Positions 8,733-18,438 are shown, numbered from the stretch's first letter. The stretch: 64,000 nucleotides of DNA from Candidatus Parcubacteria bacterium (GCA_023131055.1 JAGMAB010000001.1:1486-65485), one strand, 5' to 3'. The notes: a model not told the origin generated them from the letters alone. A program made the numbers and translations.

Positions 8733-9056
8733 ATGTATTCATTAATTTTTTTAGCAGGATTTTGCGGCGGAGCAATCAGAGGATTGGTCGGCTTTATCAA
8801 ACACCAATATTCCTATAAAAATGTTGGTTTCAATCTGCCTTATTTTTTTGGAATGCTTTTTCTTTCAGGCACAGTCGGTGTCTTATGCGCGGCTTCCGTG
8901 AATGAATTAGGAATTGGTTTTTTGGACATAAGTTATTTTTCGCCGGCTTTAGCTTTTATTATCGGGTATGCCGGCGGTGATTTTATTGAAAATATCTATA
9001 AAATCATTGTCAAAAAATCGTCATTGTATCCGGAAAACAAAAAATTAACAAAATGA
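8733..9056 (+). CDS. Small membrane protein
   Basis: Three hydrophobic segments, GYAGGDFIEN. Confidence 0.65.
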   Translation: MYSLIFLAGFCGGAIRGLVGFIKHQYSYKNVGFNLPYFFGMLFLSGTVGVLCAASVNELGIGFLDISYFSPALAFIIGYAGGDFIENIYKIIVKKSSLYPENKKLTK

Positions 9057-9061
9057 AATCA

Positions 9062-9101
9062 GACAAAAACTTCAATACTGCGAAGTATAGAAGTTTTTGT
9101 C
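9062..9101. repeat. Intergenic palindrome (18-bp stem, GCGA loop)
   Basis: GACAAAAACTTCAATACT-GCGA-AGTATAGAAGTTTTTGTC, one mismatch. Confidence 0.65.
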
Positions 9102-9113
9102 GGTTTTTAAAAA

Positions 9114-9734
9114 ATGAATCCGTTAATCAATTATCTTCTTAGTATAAATATCCTTAAAACGCCGGGAATTATTGAAGCGTTTGAAAAAATTGACAGAAAA
9201 GATTTTGTTCCAGAAGAATTGAAAAAAGAAGCTTATTATGACAGGCCATTGCCTATTGGTTTTGGCCAGACAATTTCTCAGCCATTGGTTGTGGCGTTTA
9301 TGTTAGAACAGCTTCAGCCAAAATTAGATGATAAAATTCTGGATATTGGAACCGGCTCTGGCTGGACAACAGCTTTACTGGCTGAAATCGTTGGCCCAAA
9401 AGGTAAAGTGATAGCGATAGAACTTGTTTCTGAACTTATGGAGTTCGGTAAAAATAATGTGGCAAAATATAATTTTATAGAAAAGGGGCTCGTGGAATTT
9501 ATTTGCGCTGACGGTTCAAAAGGATACAAGCAAGAAGCGTGTTTTGACAAAATTCTTGCTTCGGCAAGCGCCCAGAAACAAATTCCTAATGCTTGGAAAG
9601 AACAGGTAAAAATAGGAGGCAGAATTGTCACGCCAGTGAGTTCTTCAATTTGGCTGTTTGTCAAAAAAAGCCAAGACAAATTTGAAGAAACCGAATATCC
9701 CGGTTTCGCCTTTGTGCCATTAATAGAAAAGTAA
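9114..9734 (+). CDS. pcm: Protein-L-isoaspartate O-methyltransferase
   Basis: LPIGFGQTISQP, ILDIGTGSGW, FVPL. Confidence 0.93.
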   Translation: MNPLINYLLSINILKTPGIIEAFEKIDRKDFVPEELKKEAYYDRPLPIGFGQTISQPLVVAFMLEQLQPKLDDKILDIGTGSGWTTALLAEIVGPKGKVIAIELVSELMEFGKNNVAKYNFIEKGLVEFICADGSKGYKQEACFDKILASASAQKQIPNAWKEQVKIGGRIVTPVSSSIWLFVKKSQDKFEETEYPGFAFVPLIEK

Positions 9735-9743
9735 TTTTATTTG

Positions 9744-10673
9744 ATGAGAAAATTTTTAATTATATTTATTTTATCCTTTGTATTTTTTTTCTTTTTTATT
9801 TCCTGGATTACCCCTTGTTATAAAAATGGTCTTTTTGAAGTGGAGCAAGGGCAGGGTTTGTGTCAAATAGCGGAAAATCTAAAAAAGCAGGGATTTATCC
9901 AGATGGAATTTCCCTTTTATAGTTATGTTTTATTAAAGGGCAAGTCCCAAAATCTGAAATCAGGAGTTTATTTATTTACCGCTTATGACACATTTTTAAG
10001 CATTGCTGAAAAAATAATTTCTGACGAAGCGATTAAAATGAAAATTACCATTATTGAAGGATGGAAAATAATAGATATCGGCGGCTATTTAGAAGATAAA
10101 GGCATTGTTTCTCGGGCTAAACATTTTTACGGCTTGGGTTCAGAGTTGCGCAATAAAGATTTTTCTCTTGATTTTGTTTTTTTAGAGGATGTAAATATAA
10201 AGGGAGTAATGGGATTAGAGGGATTTCTTTTTCCCGACACTTATGAAATCAATCCGGGAATGGGCATTACCAAGATAGTTGAAAAAATGCTTAATAATTT
10301 TGACAAAAAATTGACGCTGGAAATAAGACAAGAAATTGAAAAACAAAACAAAACAATTTTTGACATTGTAACAATGGCTTCTTTAATTGAAAAAGAAGTA
10401 AAAACAAAACAAGACAAAGAACTTGTTTCTGGAATTTTATGGAAACGGCTGGAAATAAATATGCCTTTACAAGTAGATTGTGAACTTAAAACATATGAAA
10501 ACCTAGGTCTTCCAATAGGTCCGATTTGTAATCCGGGGCTTAAAAGCATAATCGCGGCAATTGAGCCAAAACACAGCGAGTATTTGTATTATCTTTCCAC
10601 TCCTGAAGGAGAAACAATTTTTAGCAAAACATTAGAAGAGCATAACATAGCCAAAGCAAAGTATTTAAAGTAA
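9744..10673 (+). CDS. mltG: Endolytic transglycosylase MltG
   Basis: TIIEGW, LEGFLFPDTY, MASLIEKEV, GLPIGPICNPG. Confidence 0.92.
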   Translation: MRKFLIIFILSFVFFFFFISWITPCYKNGLFEVEQGQGLCQIAENLKKQGFIQMEFPFYSYVLLKGKSQNLKSGVYLFTAYDTFLSIAEKIISDEAIKMKITIIEGWKIIDIGGYLEDKGIVSRAKHFYGLGSELRNKDFSLDFVFLEDVNIKGVMGLEGFLFPDTYEINPGMGITKIVEKMLNNFDKKLTLEIRQEIEKQNKTIFDIVTMASLIEKEVKTKQDKELVSGILWKRLEINMPLQVDCELKTYENLGLPIGPICNPGLKSIIAAIEPKHSEYLYYLSTPEGETIFSKTLEEHNIAKAKYLK

Positions 10674-10678
10674 TGGTG

Positions 10679-10707
10679 TTGACAAAGGATTGATAATTTA
10701 CTAAACT
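10679..10707 (+). promoter_or_regulatory. Sigma70-type promoter of rplJL
   Basis: TTGACA-17 nt-TAAACT. Confidence 0.7.
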
Positions 10708-10713
10708 AATAAT

Positions 10714-10778
10714 ACTGCAGACAAGGGGCATAAAATTAAGACCTCTCGAGGTAAAAAGTTTTTAACATTGTCTGCGGT
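10714..10778 (+). promoter_or_regulatory. L10 leader (ribosomal protein autoregulatory RNA)
   Basis: GCAGACAA/TTGTCTGC closing stem enclosing AGGGG...TTAA...CCTCTCGAGG, upstream of rplJ. Confidence 0.7.
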
Positions 10779-10805
10779 AAAACGCGGATTTTTTAATTTT
10801 ATATC

Positions 10806-11318
10806 ATGGCACTTACAAAGGAACAAAAACAAAATATTCTGGAGGATTTAGAAGAAAAAATTAAAAAACAAAAAGCGCTTATTTTTGTTGATTTTACCGG
10901 TGTAAAAGTAAAAAACCTTTCTGAATTAAGAAAAGAATTAAAAAGCAATGAAAACGAGTTAAAAGTAGCTAAAAAAACTTTAATGAACATTGCTTTAAAG
11001 AAACTGGGAATAGAGATTGAACCGGATAAATTAAAAGGAGAAATCGGTTTAACATTTGGATATAAAGACGGATTGTCTTTGGCTAAGACAATTTATCAGT
11101 TTTCTTTAAAAAACGAGAATTTGAAAATTTTAGGAGGTTATTTTGAAAAGAAGTTTTTGGATGCCGAGCAAATTATTGAATTAGCTAAATTACCAAGCAA
11201 AGAAGAACTTTTGGCAAGATTTGTCGGCAGTATTTCTAGTCCAATATCAAATTTTGTAAATGTTTTACAAGGAAACATTAAAGGTCTGATATATACATTA
11301 AAACAAATTAAAGTATAA
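10806..11318 (+). CDS. rplJ: 50S ribosomal protein L10
   Basis: [26 protein letters not shown]. Confidence 0.95.
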   Translation: MALTKEQKQNILEDLEEKIKKQKALIFVDFTGVKVKNLSELRKELKSNENELKVAKKTLMNIALKKLGIEIEPDKLKGEIGLTFGYKDGLSLAKTIYQFSLKNENLKILGGYFEKKFLDAEQIIELAKLPSKEELLARFVGSISSPISNFVNVLQGNIKGLIYTLKQIKV

Positions 11319-11322
11319 AATT

Positions 11323-11898
11323 ATGGTTGAAGAACAAAAAAAAGAAGAAGTAAAACCAGAAGAACAAAAAGAAAAACAAAAAGAAGAATTAAAGGAAGAG
11401 CCTAAAGAAGAGATAAAAGAACAGCCTAAAGAGGAACCTAAAGCAGAGAAAAAAGAAGAGAAAAAAGAAGAGAAAGAAGAGAAAAAGGAAGAAAAGCCGG
11501 TTAAGATTCCGGAAAAGTTTAAGAAATTAGTTGAAGAAATTGAAAAAATGAGTGTTTTGGATTTATCTGAATTGGTAAAGATTTTAGAAAAAAAGTTCGG
11601 GGTTTCAGCGGCTGCTCCGGCAGCAGCGGCGGCTCCGGCAGGAGCTGTCCCGCCAAGCGGGACGCCAGCAGAAGAAAAAAGTGTCTTTAATATTGAGTTG
11701 AAAGAAATAGGCGATAAAAAAATTGAAGTGATTAAAGCAGTAAGGGATATTACTCAAAAGGGCTTAAAAGAATCCAAGGATTTGGTTGACGCTGCTGCTA
11801 AGGAACCTCAAACAGTGAAAGAAAATGTCAAGAAAGAGGAAGCAGAAGAAATAAAGAAAAAATTTGAAGCAGCAGGCGCCAAAGTGGAATTGAAATAA
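11323..11898 (+). CDS. rplL: 50S ribosomal protein L7/L12 with a long charged N-terminal extension
   Basis: [50 protein letters not shown]. Confidence 0.95.
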   Translation: MVEEQKKEEVKPEEQKEKQKEELKEEPKEEIKEQPKEEPKAEKKEEKKEEKEEKKEEKPVKIPEKFKKLVEEIEKMSVLDLSELVKILEKKFGVSAAAPAAAAAPAGAVPPSGTPAEEKSVFNIELKEIGDKKIEVIKAVRDITQKGLKESKDLVDAAAKEPQTVKENVKKEEAEEIKKKFEAAGAKVELK

Positions 11899-11916
11899 AC
11901 TACTGAAATAAAACTT

Positions 11917-11947
11917 AAACCCGACCTCATAACAGGGCCGGGTTTTT
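11917..11947. terminator. Intrinsic terminator between convergent genes
   Basis: AAACCCGACC...GGGCCGGGTTTTT. Confidence 0.65.
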
Positions 11948-11962
11948 GTATAATCTTCTTTT

Positions 11963-13555
11963 TTAAAATTGTACTTGATAAACTTTTGAGTTGTTTAAGA
12001 GGTGAATTGTTTTTCCATCACCGGAAACAGCAAAATCCAGAAGATTGTCAAATTTTTCGTTCTGGAATTGTTTAATAATTTGACCATCTTTATCTAAAAT
12101 AACTATTCTTTTTTCACAAGGTTCTAAAACATAAAGATAGGGGAGCGTTTCAAGAGTAAAAATTCGCGAGAAATTTTCAGGAAAAGGAGAAATATCTAAA
12201 ACAAAGGTTTCCTGGATTTTTCCGGCATAATATCTGTTTATAGAGTTATCCTGATTAAGAATCCAAATGCTTCCGTCTATTGCTATTGATTTTGCTCCAA
12301 TCAATGAATCAGATTTTGTCCAAACTTTTGGCTCTGCCCAAATTTGCTCTCCTAATAAAGCATATTTTATTATTTCACCGTCTATATTATTCAAAGAATA
12401 AAGGTTTGAATTGTAATCGCAAAAGATGTTAGATTCAAAATTCTCAGGAGCATTTTCTTTTAAAACAGACATTTTTTTAGAAATAAACTCATTTTCATCA
12501 AAATCCTGTACTATTAATAGTTCTTTTGCTCCTAAATCTAATTTTGTTTGTTCTTCTTTTGCTTGAAAAACAAAAAATCCAGTAGCAAGTAATAAAATAA
12601 AAATTGAAATTAGAATTAATTTCTTGTTTCTAATCAAATTGTTGAAATTTTGCTTTACTTTCAGACCAAAATTTTGACAAAGAATTTTAATTCTTTTGAA
12701 CAAAGTAAAATTAAAATGGGGAATAGCGATTTGGATTTTTGGAGGCCATTTCAAAGGAAATCCTTTAGTTATTTTCTTAACAGATATAATCTCTCTTTTT
12801 TGCGTTTTGGTTTCTTTACTTAAAGAAATTAACAAACAAACTCCTGAAATTTTCAAAAGTTCTTGTTTTTTATTATTTAAAATTTGTTTAATCTTATTGC
12901 TAAAATCCGGGTCAAATGGTTTTGTTTTTGCAATTTCAGATAATATATTTTGGCCTGCCCGCCCAAATTTTCCTTCAGAAAACTTAGGCGGGCTTTGAAA
13001 AAATTCAGAGACCTCTTTAGTCAAAATTAAAATCTGGTCATTTTCAATTAATTTTCCGGAAACAATATTGCCGAATATTTTTAAAGGATAAGGTTCAATT
13101 TCATCAAAATTTAATTTTTGGTCAATATCAATAATTTCTCCTTCTCTTAATAATAAAATTTTTAAATCATTGATTTTTGTAAAATTTAAATCGCCTTGCC
13201 CGTTTTTTTGCGAAAAATTTATGGAAAAAACAGCAAAACTCAAATTGCCCAGCCAGCCGACATTTCCTTTTTTAGATAAATCTTCTAAAAATTCGTTTGC
13301 TCTTTTTAAACCTTCTTTAAGTGATTTTTCCGGCGACACAACTAATGAGCTATAATATCTTTCTTTAATTAAATCAGACATTTGGTCTAAAAGCTTTAAG
13401 TTTTGACCGGCAACATTTTTTAGAACGCCTACCATATATAAACTTCCTTTTCTTCTTTCATAAATGTTTTCCGGCTCAAAACAAAAACTGTCAAAAATCA
13501 ATTTCTGATTGTCAGAATGCTTTGGCGGATTAAAATGAAACTCAAAAACCTGCAT
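11963..13555 (-). CDS. Hypothetical single-TM protein with C-terminal NHL/beta-propeller-like region
   Basis: 530-aa ORF, central TM, SIAIDGSIWIL and LYVLEP..KRIVILDKDG repeats; -10 TATACT 6 nt before the ATG. Confidence 0.65.
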   Translation of the reverse strand: MQVFEFHFNPPKHSDNQKLIFDSFCFEPENIYERRKGSLYMVGVLKNVAGQNLKLLDQMSDLIKERYYSSLVVSPEKSLKEGLKRANEFLEDLSKKGNVGWLGNLSFAVFSINFSQKNGQGDLNFTKINDLKILLLREGEIIDIDQKLNFDEIEPYPLKIFGNIVSGKLIENDQILILTKEVSEFFQSPPKFSEGKFGRAGQNILSEIAKTKPFDPDFSNKIKQILNNKKQELLKISGVCLLISLSKETKTQKREIISVKKITKGFPLKWPPKIQIAIPHFNFTLFKRIKILCQNFGLKVKQNFNNLIRNKKLILISIFILLLATGFFVFQAKEEQTKLDLGAKELLIVQDFDENEFISKKMSVLKENAPENFESNIFCDYNSNLYSLNNIDGEIIKYALLGEQIWAEPKVWTKSDSLIGAKSIAIDGSIWILNQDNSINRYYAGKIQETFVLDISPFPENFSRIFTLETLPYLYVLEPCEKRIVILDKDGQIIKQFQNEKFDNLLDFAVSGDGKTIHLLNNSKVYQVQF

Positions 13556-13612
13556 GATTATAGTATATCATATCCTTTTTTAATTAAAATAAAAATGATA
13601 CAATGATTTAAT

Positions 13613-13685
13613 GGACGGTTGGCTCAATGGTTAGAGCGTCGCGTTCACATCGCGGAGGTTACAGGTTCAACTCCTGTACCGTCCA
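13613..13685 (+). tRNA. tRNA-Val(CAC)
   Basis: Acceptor GGACGGT/ACCGTCC, anticodon arm TCGCG-TTCACAT-CGCGG, GGTTCAACTCC. Confidence 0.95.
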
Positions 13686-13695
13686 CATTTTAATT

Positions 13696-14040
13696 ATGTT
13701 TTTGAAATCGCTAAAACCAAATGAAAAAATTAAGTGGACACAGCATTCTAAAGGAAAAATGCGCCAGTATCAGTTGTCAGAAAAAAGGGTCTTAAGGGTT
13801 TTAAGGAAACCAGATAGAAAAGAATATGGCATAGCTCCAAAAACAATTGCTGTTATGCAAACTACCGGCAGTAAAAAGCATCCAACTGAAATTTGGTTAA
13901 TGTACCAAACAATCAAATCAATAATCAGAATAATCAGTACTTGGAGATATCCTGGTGTAAGTCCAAAAGGCAAATCCCTGCCAATTCCGGATGATATTCT
14001 TAATGAGCTGGACAATTTGATAAAAAACAAGGAGAATTAA
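13696..14040 (+). CDS. Hypothetical protein, DUF4258/RelE-like fold possible
   Basis: WTQHSKGKMRQY...IISTWRYPG; start reset to after tRNA-Val. Confidence 0.55.
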   Translation: MFLKSLKPNEKIKWTQHSKGKMRQYQLSEKRVLRVLRKPDRKEYGIAPKTIAVMQTTGSKKHPTEIWLMYQTIKSIIRIISTWRYPGVSPKGKSLPIPDDILNELDNLIKNKEN

Positions 14041-14047
14041 AGAAACT

Positions 14048-14383
14048 ATGGATTTTACAAAAGTTTTTGGCTGGCTTTTATTGTCAGCCGGCATAATAAT
14101 AATTATTTACACATTGTATTCTTCTTATAATATTTTTACCGGGCAGACAGACGCGCCTGAAATTTTTGAAATGGAAAAGCAAGAATCTTTGGTTCAAGGA
14201 AGCGGAATTCAAGACATACAAGCCCAAATGCAGGAGATGTTGGGCGAACAGCTAAAAGGGTTTATTCCAGCTGACACTTTGCCTAAAATACTTAATTTAA
14301 GTATTTGGACTATGTTAGCAGGTCTTCTAATTTTTGGCGGAAGCCAAATTTCTAATCTCGGAATTAAGTTGGTAAAAAAATGA
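14048..14383 (+). CDS. Two-TM membrane protein
   Basis: Hydrophobic N- and C-terminal segments. Confidence 0.65.
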   Translation: MDFTKVFGWLLLSAGIIIIIYTLYSSYNIFTGQTDAPEIFEMEKQESLVQGSGIQDIQAQMQEMLGEQLKGFIPADTLPKILNLSIWTMLAGLLIFGGSQISNLGIKLVKK

Positions 14384-14757
14384 ATACCTTCATTCAATGG
14401 CTTTCTTGGCAATTTTTTGAAATGCCTCAAAATATCTTAAGCGCCTGGCGAAATTTTCTTTTGTTTAATTTAAATTATTTCTCTATTCCTTTATTGCTTA
14501 GAACATTTTTCTCTCCTTGGCGAAAATACAAATGGTCTTATGGCAAGGGTTTTGATTTTGCGAAGTATATTGAGGTATTTTTTTCTAATTTTATTTCCCG
14601 TGTCATCGGAGCAATATTAAGAACTTTTTTAATAATTATCGGAATAATAATAGAAATTTTTATAATTTTCATTGGCGCTTTTGTATTTTTAGCATGGTTA
14701 ATTTTACCCATGCTTTTAATTTTTGGAATTTATTATGGCTGTAAAATTTTCTTTTGA
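14380..14757 (+). CDS. Membrane protein upstream of the Clp-like ATPase
   Basis: YFSIPLLLRTFFSPWRKY, long C-terminal hydrophobic hairpin. Confidence 0.65.
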   Translation: MNTFIQWLSWQFFEMPQNILSAWRNFLLFNLNYFSIPLLLRTFFSPWRKYKWSYGKGFDFAKYIEVFFSNFISRVIGAILRTFLIIIGIIIEIFIIFIGAFVFLAWLILPMLLIFGIYYGCKIFF

Positions 14758-17218
14758 TTTAAAAAACACAGCGATTTTTCAGGCAGTCAAATGGGGAAAT
14801 CATCCTGCTTTTAGATTTATCAGTTTTTTTAAAACAGTATTTTTACTGTTGTTTGTTATCTTTTTTGGATTTTTTTTATACGGTTTTATTCCAAACAAAT
14901 TTCCTGCTGAACTTTGTTCAAGATTATTAGGACTAAGTTTAATTCTTTTTGTTTTTTATATTGGTTTTTGCCTAAAAGAAAGTTTTTTTAATTCCAAATT
15001 TAAAAAACCAAAATTAAAGATAAAAATCTCTGACGCAATAAAAAACCATGGAAACCACAATTTAGCTGAATTTTTAAGTTATGAAACAGCTAAAGCAGTT
15101 TGGAAATCACAAAGCAACCCTAATAGTGTTGCGCATAATCTTCTTGTTTATAATCCTGAGCTTAGTTTTGTATTTTCCCGCGCTCTATTAAATCTAAATA
15201 AAATTAAAAAAACATTAAAAGCCCAAATTGGCAGAGAACTGTTATCCGCTAACTTTCAGAATATAATTCTTGAAGCGCTAAAAATCGCCGATAAAAACCA
15301 GCATCAAAGAATTGAAATAGGGGATATGCTTTCTGCTTTGGCAAAGCAGAATTTGATTTTCAAAAAAATTCTCATTAAGGCAAAAATCAAAGCCCAGGAT
15401 ATTGAAAACTTGTGTTTATGGCTTCAAAGACAAAAAGAAAAAATGAGGGAAAAGAAAAAATTCTGGGAATGGAAAAATTTAATCAAAAAAGGGTCTCTGG
15501 CAAAAGCATGGGCATCCGGCTATACTATTGTCTTGGATAAGTATTCAAATGATTTGTCAAAAATAGTAAAACAGCAAGGTTTTCCTGAAATAGTCGGACG
15601 GAAAAAAGAAATTAAAGCGATAGAAAGAATTTTATCCAAACAAAGAATTAACAATGTTATGTTAATAGGCGAGCCGGGAACCGGTCGGAAAAGCATAATT
15701 AGCGCTTTAGCCAAAAGAAGCTTATTGGGTGAAAGTTCGGCAAGAGTAAATTTCAAAAGAGTGGTTCAATTGGACTTGCCAAAAATCTTGGCGCAGACAA
15801 AAAGCCGGGAAGAAATAGAAAGTATTTTAGATACTATATTTAAAGAAGCGGTTGAAGCGGGAAATGTTATTTTAGTGATTGACAACTTTCATAATTTTGT
15901 TGATATTTCCGGCATTTTAGGTTCTTATCTGCGTTCTCCTAAATTTCAAATTGTCGCTATTACTACTTTTTCAGGCCTTCATAAATACATTGAAGAAAAA
16001 CAGGGAATTTTAGCTATGTTTGAGAAAGTAGAGGTTTCAGAAACTTCAGAAAAAGAAACTTTGATGATTTTACAAAACCTGTGTATAGGATTTGAACAAA
16101 AATACAAAAAGTTTATTAGTTTTCCCGCGCTTCGCGACATTATAAATCTTTCTTTGTGTTATGAACCGACAGTTCCTTTCCCCAAGAAAGCGATTGATTT
16201 ATTGGATGGAGTAATGGCTTATGTGTCTCAAACAAAAGACAAAATTGTTTTGCCTAAACATATAGCTGAAATTGTTTCTGAAAAAACTGAAATTCCGGTC
16301 GGAGAAGTGAGAGCTGAAGAAAAAGAAATTTTACTGAATTTAGAAAATTTAATTCATCAACGAATTATTAACCAGGAAAAAGCGGTTAGAGAAGTTTCTA
16401 CGGCTTTAAGAAGAGCCAGAGCGGGAATTAGCGGTAAAAAGGCTACAATGGGCAATTTTCTCTTTTTAGGGCCTACTGGCGTGGGAAAAACAGAAACCTC
16501 TAAAGTTTTAACGAATATATACTTTGGAAGCAAGGCAAAAATGATACGGCTTGATATGTCAGAATTTCAAGCGATAAAAGATATTCCTCGGTTGATTGGC
16601 TCGCCGGGACAGGAAGGATTACTTACTACTCTTGTTAAAGAAAATCCTTTTTCTTTAATTCTGCTTGATGAAATTGAAAAAGCCCATCCAAATATCTTAA
16701 ATTTGTTTTTACAGGTTTTAGACGAGGGCCATCTTACCGACGGTCTTGGCAGAAAAGTTATTTTTAGAAATACAATAATCATTGCCACTTCTAACGCAGG
16801 TTATAAAATAATCTTGGAAGCTCTGAAACAAAAAACCGAATGGTCAAATGTTAAGCAAAAACTTCTTGATTTTCTTTTTGAAAAAGCTATTTTCAGGCCG
16901 GAATTTATCAACCGATTTGACGCGGTTATAGTTTTTAGGCCTTTAACTAAAGAAAATCTTTTAGACATTGCCCAATTAATGCTTGAAAAATTAAAGAAAA
17001 ATCTTAAACAAAAAGACATTGAATTTATAATCACTGAACAGGTCAAAGAAAAAATCAGCGAGTTAGGTTATAACCCGGTTTTTGGAGCCAGAGCAATGAA
17101 AAGAGTTATTCAGGATAAAATAGAAAATGTTTTAGCCAAAGCGATTTTATCAGGGGAACTAAAAAGAGGGGACAGGGTAGAAATCAACCCGGAATTTAAA
17201 CTAATAATCAATCATTAA
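14735..17218 (+). CDS. ClpA/B/C-like AAA+ ATPase with two N-terminal TM helices
   Basis: NBD2 GPTGVGKT, RLDMSEF, LLDEIEKAH, RPEFINRFD, FGARAMKR; NBD1 degenerate (GEPGTGRKS, IDNFH). Confidence 0.9.
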   Translation: MAVKFSFDLKNTAIFQAVKWGNHPAFRFISFFKTVFLLLFVIFFGFFLYGFIPNKFPAELCSRLLGLSLILFVFYIGFCLKESFFNSKFKKPKLKIKISDAIKNHGNHNLAEFLSYETAKAVWKSQSNPNSVAHNLLVYNPELSFVFSRALLNLNKIKKTLKAQIGRELLSANFQNIILEALKIADKNQHQRIEIGDMLSALAKQNLIFKKILIKAKIKAQDIENLCLWLQRQKEKMREKKKFWEWKNLIKKGSLAKAWASGYTIVLDKYSNDLSKIVKQQGFPEIVGRKKEIKAIERILSKQRINNVMLIGEPGTGRKSIISALAKRSLLGESSARVNFKRVVQLDLPKILAQTKSREEIESILDTIFKEAVEAGNVILVIDNFHNFVDISGILGSYLRSPKFQIVAITTFSGLHKYIEEKQGILAMFEKVEVSETSEKETLMILQNLCIGFEQKYKKFISFPALRDIINLSLCYEPTVPFPKKAIDLLDGVMAYVSQTKDKIVLPKHIAEIVSEKTEIPVGEVRAEEKEILLNLENLIHQRIINQEKAVREVSTALRRARAGISGKKATMGNFLFLGPTGVGKTETSKVLTNIYFGSKAKMIRLDMSEFQAIKDIPRLIGSPGQEGLLTTLVKENPFSLILLDEIEKAHPNILNLFLQVLDEGHLTDGLGRKVIFRNTIIIATSNAGYKIILEALKQKTEWSNVKQKLLDFLFEKAIFRPEFINRFDAVIVFRPLTKENLLDIAQLMLEKLKKNLKQKDIEFIITEQVKEKISELGYNPVFGARAMKRVIQDKIENVLAKAILSGELKRGDRVEINPEFKLIINH

Positions 17219-17239
17219 ATTGAAAAAGTTTTAATAAAA

Positions 17240-17409
17240 AAATCTTCAGGCATCTCGCCTCAGGGGACACGCAGTCAGCTAATTATAGAATAGAATTTAG
17301 TTTCAGCTGCTGCTGTTTCTCGCCAAGCCATAATATCTTAAAAGAAAACACAGACCTATTCTTGGGCTTGACTGCGAAGCGTCCCCTTCAACGAGTTGCC
17401 TTCAGATTT
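17240..17409. ncRNA. Candidate structured RNA, long interrupted rod (6S-like shape)
   Basis: Nested arms AAATCT/AGATTT, AGGCA/TGCCT, CTCG/CGAG, AGGGGAC/GTCCCCT, GCAGTCAG/TTGACTGC, AGAATAG/CTATTCT. Confidence 0.45.
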
Positions 17410-17464
17410 ATTTTTCAATGAGAAAATTTCAGAAATATTTAAAAATTACAAAAGATTTACTTTT

Positions 17465-17800
17465 ATGGTTAAAAAAAGAATTCCAAAAAAAATAATTAGA
17501 GTAGTTAGAGATTATACTAAACGATTGGAAGAACAAGATAAAATTCCTATAAAAAAGGTAATAATTTTCGGTTCCTACGCTAAGGGAAATCCTCATAAGT
17601 GGAGTGATGTTGATGTTTGTATTATTTCTCCAAAGTTTAAGGATACTATGAAAGTTTTGCAATTTTTATTGATAAAAAGAAATAGAGAAGAAGTAATGGC
17701 TGGTTTAGAACCAATAGGTTTTTCAGGCAAGGATTTTAGAGAAGGAAGCAGTTTAATTCAAGAAATCAAAAAAACAGGTATTACTCTTGACAAATTTTGA
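17465..17800 (+). CDS. Minimal nucleotidyltransferase (MNT) domain protein
   Basis: IIFGSYAKG...SDVDV motif. Confidence 0.85.
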   Translation: MVKKRIPKKIIRVVRDYTKRLEEQDKIPIKKVIIFGSYAKGNPHKWSDVDVCIISPKFKDTMKVLQFLLIKRNREEVMAGLEPIGFSGKDFREGSSLIQEIKKTGITLDKF

Positions 17801-17820
17801 GAGGAAAAAGAATTTAAAGT

Positions 17821-17844
17821 AAAAACACCCTATAAGGTGTTTTT
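17821..17844. terminator. Bidirectional terminator
   Basis: AAAAACACC-CTATAA-GGTGTTTTT. Confidence 0.6.
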
Positions 17845-17892
17845 GTTATTTTATTGCAAAGAGATAAAAAAAAGAGGAGTTGAAAAGTCCTC

Positions 17893-18186
17893 TTAAATGT
17901 ATTTTTTTAATGAGCTGAATGAGCTGTTTTTTTTGGGGCGTAGACCGATTATAAATATGGCACCAGCCACAATTATTACGACAATTCCCCACGCGGTATC
18001 TACTATTGCCAGAAATGTCATAGGAAGTGTTTCGCCTGAAAAGGTCAATATTTCAAGACCTTTTATTCCTAATAAGAATGCTATCCCTGACAGTAGAAGG
18101 ATTGTGCCAAGAATTGCGTAAACAACTGCCATTACTGTCATAAACGCTATTTGCGATATCCTTTCCAATTTTACGCTTTCTTCCAT
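17893..18186 (-). CDS. Small two-TM membrane protein
   Basis: SD TAAGGAGGTG and promoter TTGATA-16-TATACT upstream; two hydrophobic segments. Confidence 0.65.
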   Translation of the reverse strand: MEESVKLERISQIAFMTVMAVVYAILGTILLLSGIAFLLGIKGLEILTFSGETLPMTFLAIVDTAWGIVVIIVAGAIFIIGLRPKKNSSFSSLKKYI

Positions 18187-18386
18187 TTTTTTTCTTTTCA
18201 CCTCCTTATTTACTTTTTTAAAGTATAGCATTATCACAAAATTTATCAATAGCTCTCATAATTAATTTTTAACCTTTATTTTAGCGTTCTGGGGAAAACC
18301 TGTGGAAAAAACCTTGTTTTAATCGGGATTTTAACCAAGTTTTATTTTAGTTGACCGGGTGTTTGAAATGGGGTTAAATAGGCATA

Positions 18387-18438
18387 GGTGGGGAATTGTG
18401 GAAAACTATGGGATAACTGCCTAAAACTGTGGAAAACT
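18387..18438 (+). promoter_or_regulatory. Probable MraZ-binding repeats
   Basis: GTGGGG, GTGGAA, ATGGGA, GTGGAA at about 10-nt spacing directly before mraZ. Confidence 0.6.

Noticed and set aside
18290..18438. TGTGGAAAA repeats as DnaA boxes of an origin
   Set aside because: Position and 10-nt phasing before mraZ fit MraZ boxes better; no dnaA or dnaN nearby. Not fully excluded.
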